Shown here: positions 56,175 to 64,000 of the stretch, one piece after another
Layout of the letters: the number at the start of each line of letters is the position of its first letter
Numbering within the stretch: position 1 is the stretch's first letter
Virus record (IMG/VR): IMGVR_UViG_3300027963_005142
From: an uncultured virus (IMG/VR IMGVR_UViG_3300027963_005142)
Taxonomy: Duplodnaviria > Heunggongvirae > Uroviricota > Caudoviricetes
Direction: 5' to 3' (one strand)
DNA length: 64,000 nucleotides
Notes under the pieces: model-generated
Databases searched by the model: none
What the model was told of the DNA's origin: nothing
What the model saw: the letters and a program-made list of their open reading frames with translations, nothing else
Translations under genes and position numbers: made by a program

Positions 56175-58021
56175 CAATAAGCAGCAATAGAAAAAAGCCG
56201 GTTTTGCAGAGAGATAGAGACTATCTTAACAGAGACTTTTCTTCGCTCCGTCAGGAGCTGGTAAGCTACGCATCTTTCTACTATTCAGACTACATAAAAG
56301 ACTTCACGGAACCCTCTGTTGCATCGATGTTTGTCGATCTCGCAGCTTATGCGACAGATATCACGAACTTTTACTTAGACTATCAGTTTAAAGAGCTTAA
56401 TCTAGAGACAGCCAAGGACTCTGCAAACATTCAGAGGCTGGTTAGACAGGCGGGATACAAGATACGTGGAGCGTCACCTGCCTTTTGCAACGTTGACTTC
56501 TACATTTCGATCCCATCCCAGGTGCTACCTGATGGAACCTATGAACCTAGAAGGACCTACCTGCCTGTCATAAAATCAGGAACTTCAGTTCAGTCGGACT
56601 CTGGTGTTGTTTTTGAACTATCCGAAGATCTTGATTTTTCAAAATTAGGATCTGATGGTAAGCTAGTTACAGAGTACAGAGTTCTCGAGAGAAACCCCGA
56701 TACGACGCCGAAGACTTTTGCTCTGAGATTGTCTGGAATTTGCACATCTGGAAGAACCTACAGTGAGAGCTTTAACGTTTCGGGGCGAACGCCTTTCTTG
56801 CGAGTTTCTCTTGCGCAGCCTAACACCATTGAGATCTTGTCTGTCGCTGATACGAATGGAAACACATACTACGAAGTTGAATCTCTAACTCACGACACAG
56901 TCTACACCAGAGATTCAAACCTGTTTGACGACAGCGATCAAGTAGAGGATTCTCTTGGAGTCGTTAGTGCTCCTTACAGATTTATCACAACTACTGACCT
57001 CAATGGGTCTCAAACTACGCTGACATTTGGCGCTGGAACAGCTCAGTCTTTAGACGCAGATGTAATTGCTGATCCTGCAGATTTCTCTCTTCCGCTTTTT
57101 GGAGACAGAAAAACTTTCTCATACACTGCAATCGATCCAAATGAGCTCTTAAGCACCAGGACGCTTGGCGTCGCTCCCGAGAATACAGTTCTTTTAGTAA
57201 GGTACAGGGCTGGTGGAGGACTTAATAACAACGTCCCATCTCAAACACTCAGGAATGTCTTGTCTTTGCAGACTCAGTTCTCTGCTGTTGTGCCTCCCAC
57301 TATTGTTGCAGCTTCAAGAGCGAGTGTAACCTGTAACAACACCTCAGCTGCTTTTGGCGGAACAGATGCTCCAACCATCGATGAGATTCGTTCTCTAGCT
57401 ATACTCTACAGAAACTCTCAGTCGAGAATTGTAAGCAAGGAAGATCTCATTGCTAGGATCTACAGCATGCCAACAAATTTTGGAAGGATATTCAGAGTTG
57501 GCATATCTACAAACCCAGTCAATCCGCTGTCTTCTATCGTCTATCTAGTTTCAAGAGACAGTCAAGGAAAGCTCTCCACTACTCCTGACACGACAAAGAG
57601 AAATATTGCAAAATACATCAATGAATTTAGAGTGATAAGTGATGCATTTGACATACTGGATGCACCGATCATCAACTTTAACATTCAATACTCAGTCTCT
57701 GTGTCTAGAGATTACGACAAAGCGCTGGTTGTTTCTAACATAAACTCAAGGCTTACAAGCTTCTTTGAAATAACAAACTTCTACATTAATCAGCCAATTG
57801 TTATTGCAGACATTCAAAACATAATACTTGCAGAACCGGGAGTTCTAGGGCTTGGATCTCTGGCGTTCAACAACCTTTCGGGATTAGTCAACGGTCTTAG
57901 ATACTCAAGCTTTGTCTTTGATATTGATTCTGGAACTCGGAAGGGAGTCATCGTTCCTCCGAAGGGAGGAATTTTTGAGATTAAGTTTCCTGGAACGGAT
58001 ATCGTTGGGAGTGCATTCTAA
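56171..58021 (+). CDS. Baseplate wedge protein (gp6/baseplate J-like)
   Basis: YLNRDFSSLR, DFTE, LTFG, YRAGGG, QSRIVSKEDL, IFEIKFP. Confidence 0.88.
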   Translation: MTISSNRKKPVLQRDRDYLNRDFSSLRQELVSYASFYYSDYIKDFTEPSVASMFVDLAAYATDITNFYLDYQFKELNLETAKDSANIQRLVRQAGYKIRGASPAFCNVDFYISIPSQVLPDGTYEPRRTYLPVIKSGTSVQSDSGVVFELSEDLDFSKLGSDGKLVTEYRVLERNPDTTPKTFALRLSGICTSGRTYSESFNVSGRTPFLRVSLAQPNTIEILSVADTNGNTYYEVESLTHDTVYTRDSNLFDDSDQVEDSLGVVSAPYRFITTTDLNGSQTTLTFGAGTAQSLDADVIADPADFSLPLFGDRKTFSYTAIDPNELLSTRTLGVAPENTVLLVRYRAGGGLNNNVPSQTLRNVLSLQTQFSAVVPPTIVAASRASVTCNNTSAAFGGTDAPTIDEIRSLAILYRNSQSRIVSKEDLIARIYSMPTNFGRIFRVGISTNPVNPLSSIVYLVSRDSQGKLSTTPDTTKRNIAKYINEFRVISDAFDILDAPIINFNIQYSVSVSRDYDKALVVSNINSRLTSFFEITNFYINQPIVIADIQNIILAEPGVLGLGSLAFNNLSGLVNGLRYSSFVFDIDSGTRKGVIVPPKGGIFEIKFPGTDIVGSAF

Positions 58022-59535
58022 TGTACAAGATTATTAACGCTTCTAAAGATGCCTACATCACCAACAAGATTGTTTCAAGCCTTCTTAGGGCTAAAGATTC
58101 CAATACAGGTGGTGCTTCTTCAATAGACCTGTTCAAGCTGTATGATGAAAACACAATCGCAGGAGAGAGCACTCCGATTGAGATCAGTCGGGCTTTACTC
58201 TACTTTGATCTTGCATCTCTTCGAGATCTAACAGCGTCTTACGTTGATATTTCTTCTCCGTCTTTTAGTGCAAACATCGTTCTACACGACATCTACGGCG
58301 GTCAAACATGCCCAACCAATTTCAAGCTTGCAGTCTTTCCTCTTTCTAAGTCATTTGACGAAGGAATAGGAAGAGATGTAGTAGAGCTTAGAGATGTTGA
58401 TGTTTGCAACTTTTTAACTGCATCTGTCTCATCAGGGACACCAGTTACTTGGTCTCAAGAGGGTGCTGGAGCTGTTGGTGCTCTTGGTAGCAGCACCATA
58501 GACGTCATTGATAGAGGAAACCTGAATGACGGACTCGGATTAAGGTTCCTATTCTCAGAGCAGACATTTTCAAAGGGAACAGAAGATCTAAACGTTGACA
58601 TTACTGATGTTATATCAGGGACTCTCGCAGGTCTAATTCCTGACTGCGGATTTTTAATTGCTTATAGCGGTACGCTTGAGACAGACAATCAGACGCGCTT
58701 TGTTAAGAGATTTGCCTCTAGAAACACTACAGCTGTAGATAAGCGGCCTAAGCTTGTAATCAAGTACGATGATTCAGTTATTGACTACACAAGAGACTTC
58801 GTCTTCAACGTCTCCGGCAGCATATTCCTGACAAACTACGAAAGAGGAACACCTGCTAACATAGTTTCTGGGTCTTCTGGAACAAGGATATCAGGTTTAA
58901 ACTGTGGAAAGCTAAGAATCATCTCAGGAAGCTACTCTCAGACAGTTAACTTTTCTCAGCATAGAAAGGGATCAGATTTCTTCAGCACAGGTCTATACAG
59001 CGCTTCTTTTGCAATATCATCTTTCGATGCACCTCTTTTCACCTACTTGAAGAATTCATCTTCAGCATCTTTTGATGTCATATGGTCCTCTAATGATCTC
59101 ACAGTTGGGTACCTAACGGGTTCTCTCACAGTCTACAAATCTGAGACTGCTCTGGCAGACCTCGATCCTAAGAGAATATTCACAAACATTACCAACATGA
59201 ACTCGACCTACCTCGCATCAGAGACTATAAGGTTCAGGGTGTTCATTGAAGATCTTGCAAAGTCAATCAAGGCACAAAAGCTACCACTTGAAAATAAAGG
59301 AATATTCATCGAGAAGGTCTACTTTAGAGTTAGAGATCTTGAATCTTCAAAGGTTATAATACCCTTTGATGTTAATTCAACTAGAGTTTCAATGGATGCA
59401 ACGTCAGGATTCTTTGATGTAGATATGAGCTCTCTACCTGTAGGGAGAAATTACACATTTGACTTCCAGATACTTAAGAATGGATCGACGCAGACAATTA
59501 CCAATGTTGCTGCATCGTTTAGGGTGGTAGATTGA
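58021..59535 (+). CDS. Virion structural protein (baseplate/tail associated)
   Basis: KDAYI...SRALLYFD...PKLVIKYDD; Ser/Gly-rich; structural-module context. Confidence 0.7.
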   Translation: MYKIINASKDAYITNKIVSSLLRAKDSNTGGASSIDLFKLYDENTIAGESTPIEISRALLYFDLASLRDLTASYVDISSPSFSANIVLHDIYGGQTCPTNFKLAVFPLSKSFDEGIGRDVVELRDVDVCNFLTASVSSGTPVTWSQEGAGAVGALGSSTIDVIDRGNLNDGLGLRFLFSEQTFSKGTEDLNVDITDVISGTLAGLIPDCGFLIAYSGTLETDNQTRFVKRFASRNTTAVDKRPKLVIKYDDSVIDYTRDFVFNVSGSIFLTNYERGTPANIVSGSSGTRISGLNCGKLRIISGSYSQTVNFSQHRKGSDFFSTGLYSASFAISSFDAPLFTYLKNSSSASFDVIWSSNDLTVGYLTGSLTVYKSETALADLDPKRIFTNITNMNSTYLASETIRFRVFIEDLAKSIKAQKLPLENKGIFIEKVYFRVRDLESSKVIIPFDVNSTRVSMDATSGFFDVDMSSLPVGRNYTFDFQILKNGSTQTITNVAASFRVVD

Positions 59536-62500
59536 GATCAAACAACGGTCGACCTGCAACTATAACAGATATCGAGAGAAACCTTAGATCTCGATATCCT
59601 GTAAAGTCACTTAGCAACTCTCAGCTAGGTTCGAACAACATTGCTTCGACTTCGTCTTTTAGATACGACCCGCTTGGAACCGGGCTTAGATCGACCCAAG
59701 AAGTTCCACTTGACTGGTCTAAGTTTGAGAATCATACTTTCTTTCACAGTGCAAAAGCAAAAGTAGATGAAGCCTTCTACAAGATCATCAACGAATATCC
59801 CTTTGATGGAAGCCAGAGAGAAATCGAGTCTTTTGAGGACTCTCTAACAGGCTTTGAAAGCTACGTTATGGGAAGATTCCCTTACAACAAAGGATATCTT
59901 TTATTTTCCGGTTCTGCCGGCTCAGGCGGAAACTACATTGCAGTTAAAAATAGAGCAGGATTTCTATTTGAGAACTCTAGAGACGATAGTGCAAATCCGG
60001 TTCTTGATCCTCCTGAGAGCTCTTTTACCCTGCAGACTCACCTTTTTATACCAAATGAGTCGAATGATAACGAAATAGTCTGTCAAAGACAGGGATCCGG
60101 TTGTGGTTATACACTTTTTGTATCAAGAAGCACATCATCTTCTGCTGAGGTTCACTTTTTAGTCACTTCCGGATCGAAATCTCTCCACATTAGTGGCTCT
60201 ACTCCGAAGAACGGATTTGTCCATGTAGCAGCAGCTCTTAGCTCTAGCAATACTGAAGCTTTTGCTTCTCTTTTCTTCAACGGAGTTAGAGTAGCTAATC
60301 AACAGAGGCTAACTGATTTTCAGCCGATAGTTCTTGGGTCTGCACAGTTGTTGATTGGATCAGGAACTGAGCACACATCTTCAGGCTTTACTTTCACGCC
60401 AAAGATGACTCTGAGTGGATGCCTTGACGATCTTAGGTTCTACACCCGTGCAAGAACTGGAGAAGAGATCATTGAAGACTATCTTTCTCTGCCAGATTTT
60501 GATCCAAGACTTTCTCTGCACTTTAAGTTCAATGAACCGACAGGATCTTTTGCAGGAAACAACATAGTCCTAGACTTCTCTGGAAAGTCTCTACACTCAG
60601 AAATTGTCAATTACACGACTGCATCGCGAGGTCTTTCGTCTCCTTTAAATCCGATGCTGGAAGAAGCGATCGATGACTGCATTGTTCTGTTCTCTAACTA
60701 CCCAGACATCCAGAATCTTCACCAGTCTTTTCTTGACGATGCACAATCTTACGACGATGAGAATCCAAATCTTATCACGAGATTAATTCCGCCGCAGTAT
60801 TTGTCTCTTGGTGCTCAATCAGAAGGTCTTAACACAGATCTACAGAACGTAGGACAGTCTCTAAACCTTGAAGAGCTTAGGGGCGGACTGAGTCAGCAGC
60901 AACCTCAGGTAATTCTCGGTCTTTTGTTTGTCTATGCCAAGCTTTTTGATGAGATAAAGATATTTGTTGATCACGTTTCTAACTTAATGAACTTTGATTA
61001 CACAGCTTCTGAGCATATTGCAGATAAAATGATTCCTTTTATCGCAAAAGCAATGAAGATCGATTTACCAGATCTCTTTAGTACACCTTCAGTCAAGAGA
61101 CTAGTGAAAGGAGTTGCAATATCAGATGACTATGTTCAGTCTGGTCTTTCTCTAAAGAAGCTTAGGGCTCAAATCTGGAGAAGAATACTAAGCGAGCATC
61201 AAGGAATGCTCATGAGCAAAGGAACACATAGGTCTATTAGGTCTGCCTTTGCTGCCATGGGAATAGACCCCGATTCTTTCTTTCATATTCGAGAGTTTGG
61301 AGCCAACAAAGGGCGGACAATAGTAGATCTTCGTCACAGAAGAAACAAAGTGTCTTACTTTGCGGATTTTTCTGGTAGCATTAATGCATCTCCGACTCCT
61401 GTTAATTCACTTGGTTTTTCTTCAAATATCCCACGCGCTATAAGCGGATTTCTATCTGGCAGCAGAGTTGAACCCGGTTCTCCGACTATCCAAGGATCTT
61501 TTGTTAGTGTTGGAAATGAGAGGCTAAGCAACAACAGGTCTGACGGTCTGTGGACTTCAGGCTCTTTCACAGTTGAATCGAGAGTTAGATTTTTACCATC
61601 AACAAGTCACTCGACCACACAGAGCATAATCCGTCTATGCACAACTGGATCAAGTGTTCCTGCATCTACACATGCAGTGACATTTAACTTAATGGCTTTT
61701 GGCGGATCCAGTCCGTACTTCGAGCTAAGCGCCCGTCCCATTCAGTCGGTCTCATCAGCTGCAACTAGAGTCAGGATCGAAGCAGATCCATTTGATGGCG
61801 GGATCTGGAACCTTTCATTTGGAAAGGCTGCCGGAGAGACCCTAGGAACAGAGCTCGACGAAGTGTTTCTTAGAGTCTCTAGGCAGGTCGGCGGTCTACT
61901 AACATTCTCTAGCGCGTCTAGTGTGACATTTGTCCCTAGCGATCTCGATGTCCTAAAGAACTATAGCGCTGGATACAACTCATCTGGATCTTTCTTGGTC
62001 ATAGGATCTCAAAGCCTGGGGTCTAGCAACCTTTTCTTGAATGGCGACTCAGTCGGGTCTTATTCGAACTTCACAGGTCAGATCTCCAGTATCAGATTTT
62101 GGTCAAGCTATCTAGATCTAAATGAGTGGATTGATCACTCTAAAGACTTTGAGTCGCTTGGTGTTAGAGATCCAAGAAAAAACTTCAACTTTGAAAAAAA
62201 TCTAAGTGGATCCTTCGAAAAGCTTAGACTTGACACGTCGTTCTCTCAAGCATCAATAACAGCTTCAATCGATGGAAATTTCACAGGATTTGATTTCTCT
62301 CAGAGCGCAAAGAGCTTCTCAATGTCAGGATTTGAAGCAAACGAGAGAGTTATCTTCACAGCCGGAGAGACAGTAATGTCTCCTTCTCCCTACTTTGATC
62401 TTCTAGAAAACGATCAAAAGACTAGAGTTCGGTCTTTGTCAAATCCCCAGCCTGACGAAGTTCTTGCACTTTCTTCTCCGGTATATCAGCTCCCTGAGAA

Positions 62501-62939
62501 CGAAGAAGTTCTAGATGACAATAGGCTCTCAATAGAGTACTCATATTCAGCAAATCTGAATAGAGACATCATGAAGGCAGCGTCAAATCTTGACTTCTTT
62601 GATGATGCTTTAGGAAAGCCTAATTCTTATTTTGATAACACCTACTCAGACTTGGATGATTTCTCTAGAGTCTACTTTAACAGGCTTACATCAGATATTG
62701 ATCTTGATAGATTCTCTCGTCTGTATAGATGGCTTGACGGATCTCTCGAAGTCCTGGTCGGTCAACTTGTTCCTGCAAAGACTTACTTCTACGGAATAAA
62801 TCAGGTCATAGAGCCGCATGCACTTGAAAGAAGTAGGCACAGATTCTTTTTCGACGACATGTACTTAAACGAGAAAGACAGATTTACCTCAAGCAATCTT
62901 GTATTGTCATCTCTTTTTGCGAGGCTTAGAGGATTTTGA
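59532..62939 (+). CDS. Large virion structural protein with LamG/concanavalin-like domains
   Basis: FVHVA...LFFNG...LLIG...LSGCLDDLRFY...FKFNE; KGTHRSIR wedge-like motif. Confidence 0.75.
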   Translation: MRSNNGRPATITDIERNLRSRYPVKSLSNSQLGSNNIASTSSFRYDPLGTGLRSTQEVPLDWSKFENHTFFHSAKAKVDEAFYKIINEYPFDGSQREIESFEDSLTGFESYVMGRFPYNKGYLLFSGSAGSGGNYIAVKNRAGFLFENSRDDSANPVLDPPESSFTLQTHLFIPNESNDNEIVCQRQGSGCGYTLFVSRSTSSSAEVHFLVTSGSKSLHISGSTPKNGFVHVAAALSSSNTEAFASLFFNGVRVANQQRLTDFQPIVLGSAQLLIGSGTEHTSSGFTFTPKMTLSGCLDDLRFYTRARTGEEIIEDYLSLPDFDPRLSLHFKFNEPTGSFAGNNIVLDFSGKSLHSEIVNYTTASRGLSSPLNPMLEEAIDDCIVLFSNYPDIQNLHQSFLDDAQSYDDENPNLITRLIPPQYLSLGAQSEGLNTDLQNVGQSLNLEELRGGLSQQQPQVILGLLFVYAKLFDEIKIFVDHVSNLMNFDYTASEHIADKMIPFIAKAMKIDLPDLFSTPSVKRLVKGVAISDDYVQSGLSLKKLRAQIWRRILSEHQGMLMSKGTHRSIRSAFAAMGIDPDSFFHIREFGANKGRTIVDLRHRRNKVSYFADFSGSINASPTPVNSLGFSSNIPRAISGFLSGSRVEPGSPTIQGSFVSVGNERLSNNRSDGLWTSGSFTVESRVRFLPSTSHSTTQSIIRLCTTGSSVPASTHAVTFNLMAFGGSSPYFELSARPIQSVSSAATRVRIEADPFDGGIWNLSFGKAAGETLGTELDEVFLRVSRQVGGLLTFSSASSVTFVPSDLDVLKNYSAGYNSSGSFLVIGSQSLGSSNLFLNGDSVGSYSNFTGQISSIRFWSSYLDLNEWIDHSKDFESLGVRDPRKNFNFEKNLSGSFEKLRLDTSFSQASITASIDGNFTGFDFSQSAKSFSMSGFEANERVIFTAGETVMSPSPYFDLLENDQKTRVRSLSNPQPDEVLALSSPVYQLPENEEVLDDNRLSIEYSYSANLNRDIMKAASNLDFFDDALGKPNSYFDNTYSDLDDFSRVYFNRLTSDIDLDRFSRLYRWLDGSLEVLVGQLVPAKTYFYGINQVIEPHALERSRHRFFFDDMYLNEKDRFTSSNLVLSSLFARLRGF

Positions 62940-63631
62940 AAACCTACAAAGACAGAGTCAACAACACCGGTCCTGTAAAGACAGGCAATAATAGGTCAGA
63001 TAGACCTGATCTACTGCAAGGTATTGACGTTAAATCAAGTCAAACTGTTTTTTCTAGAGCCGGCGGTCTTTTGAGCCTGTCGAACAGAGAATCCTCTGAG
63101 CCCTTTTCTAACGAGATTGGAGTTTATTCATTTGACTCACACTTGAATGCAGCAGGCTTTGAGACTTACCACGACGTTGTGAAACCTCAGTCAGCTCACG
63201 ATCTTCTTGACACGTACTCTGCAGCCTATGCTACTGATTCTAGGCTTCCAAATAGTGAACCAATCGAGCCGCTTGATACGGTCTCTCTTTTTTATCGAGG
63301 TCTAAGGGCACGGGGTATCAATGGAAGTGCTTTTTTTAAGTGGTCTCGATTTGAAGGTGTCCGAGTTGAAACTGTGTCCAAACTCTCAAAAAACCCAGCT
63401 CAAGTCCTTGATAGCTCTAATTTCTTTGGAAATGTGAAATACGACGGATACATCAAAGAGTCTGTTAATTTTGAATTATTTGATGATTGCATGACGTATG
63501 ATACGGACGGAATCTTACAAAAAAGTGACAAGAGATCGAATGCAAGAGTTGAGGTTGTCGGAGGAACAGGTGGATCTGATAGAGCAGAAGCAGGTCAATT
63601 CACTCTCTTCTACGGAGGTCTCTACAGATGA
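62936..63631 (+). CDS. Hypothetical, likely structural protein
   Basis: Overlapping operon ORF. Confidence 0.65.
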   Translation: MKTYKDRVNNTGPVKTGNNRSDRPDLLQGIDVKSSQTVFSRAGGLLSLSNRESSEPFSNEIGVYSFDSHLNAAGFETYHDVVKPQSAHDLLDTYSAAYATDSRLPNSEPIEPLDTVSLFYRGLRARGINGSAFFKWSRFEGVRVETVSKLSKNPAQVLDSSNFFGNVKYDGYIKESVNFELFDDCMTYDTDGILQKSDKRSNARVEVVGGTGGSDRAEAGQFTLFYGGLYR

Positions 63632-64000
63632 AATCATTTAAGTCGCAGCCTGCTAGGGCTCTTTTAAGAGACAATGAAGCTTACGACGGCGTTGCAGGAC
63701 GCATTGTAGGAACTGGTTACTCTACAAGAACTAAACCCCAAACGTTGATCTTTGATGACACTCAGACAGACTCTGGCGTAGCACAGACAAGGTCTTTTCC
63801 AACTCTGCAGATTACTGCATCTTCATCTCCAGGTATTTTGGCTAACATCGCGGTAGATCCTGGATCCATCTACTTGCCAGTACAAAGAATCTCTTCCCCG
63901 CAGGTATACAAAGATTCGGCAGGAACAAGAAAGGCTTCGTTTTCGAAGAACGAAGTAATTCTAGGATTCTCTACAAGCTCGTGGACAAAGACGCAGATCG
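63628..64000 (+). CDS. Partial ORF running off the window (MKSFKSQPARALLRD...)
   Basis: ATGA overlap with the upstream stop; open to the window end. Confidence 0.6.
   Translation, partial: MKSFKSQPARALLRDNEAYDGVAGRIVGTGYSTRTKPQTLIFDDTQTDSGVAQTRSFPTLQITASSSPGILANIAVDPGSIYLPVQRISSPQVYKDSAGTRKASFSKNEVILGFSTSSWTKTQI

Noticed and set aside
1..64000. Stop-codon reassignment (TAG/TGA recoding)
   Set aside because: Recognisable enzymes are full length in code 11, and TAG, TGA and TAA all end genes at tight junctions
1..64000. tRNA, rRNA, introns, inteins or integrase
   Set aside because: None recognised by eye; tRNAscan/Infernal would be needed to exclude them formally

Overview
A 64-kb fragment of a very large tailed (myovirus-like, jumbo-type) bacteriophage genome in the standard genetic code, almost entirely on the + strand. 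It has four blocks. (1) 1-12.7 kb is a GC-rich array of mostly unrelated ORFs. About nine of them share an N-terminal leader peptide (M-R/K-I-T-x-x-x-L-R-x-I-I-R/K-E-x-L-x(1-2)-E), and most have their own ATAnnTA promoter-like box. The array also contains a GIY-YIG nuclease, local repeats, two unannotated hydrophobic micropeptides and a structured, very GC-rich non-coding spacer. (2) 12.7-21.1 kb holds host-manipulation and regulatory genes: a YeaH/SpoVR/PrkA triad, a degenerate chaperonin, an Hc1-like histone, a stand-alone sigma region-4 protein and PIN-PhoH. (3) 21.1-53 kb is a ~32-kb, lower-GC glycan synthesis and modification cluster: many glycosyltransferases, ADP-heptose and dTDP-sugar enzymes, two carbamoyltransferases, a B12 radical SAM enzyme and methyl/acetyl/aminotransferases, plus a PD-(D/E)XK nuclease. 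(4) 53-64 kb holds a gp55-like late sigma factor and baseplate/tail structural genes. No tRNA, rRNA or CRISPR array was recognised. The most interesting candidate system is the leader-tagged gene array, a possible capsid-targeting and protease-cleaved cargo system with cassette-like repeats. All functional calls come from motif recognition by eye, not database searches.
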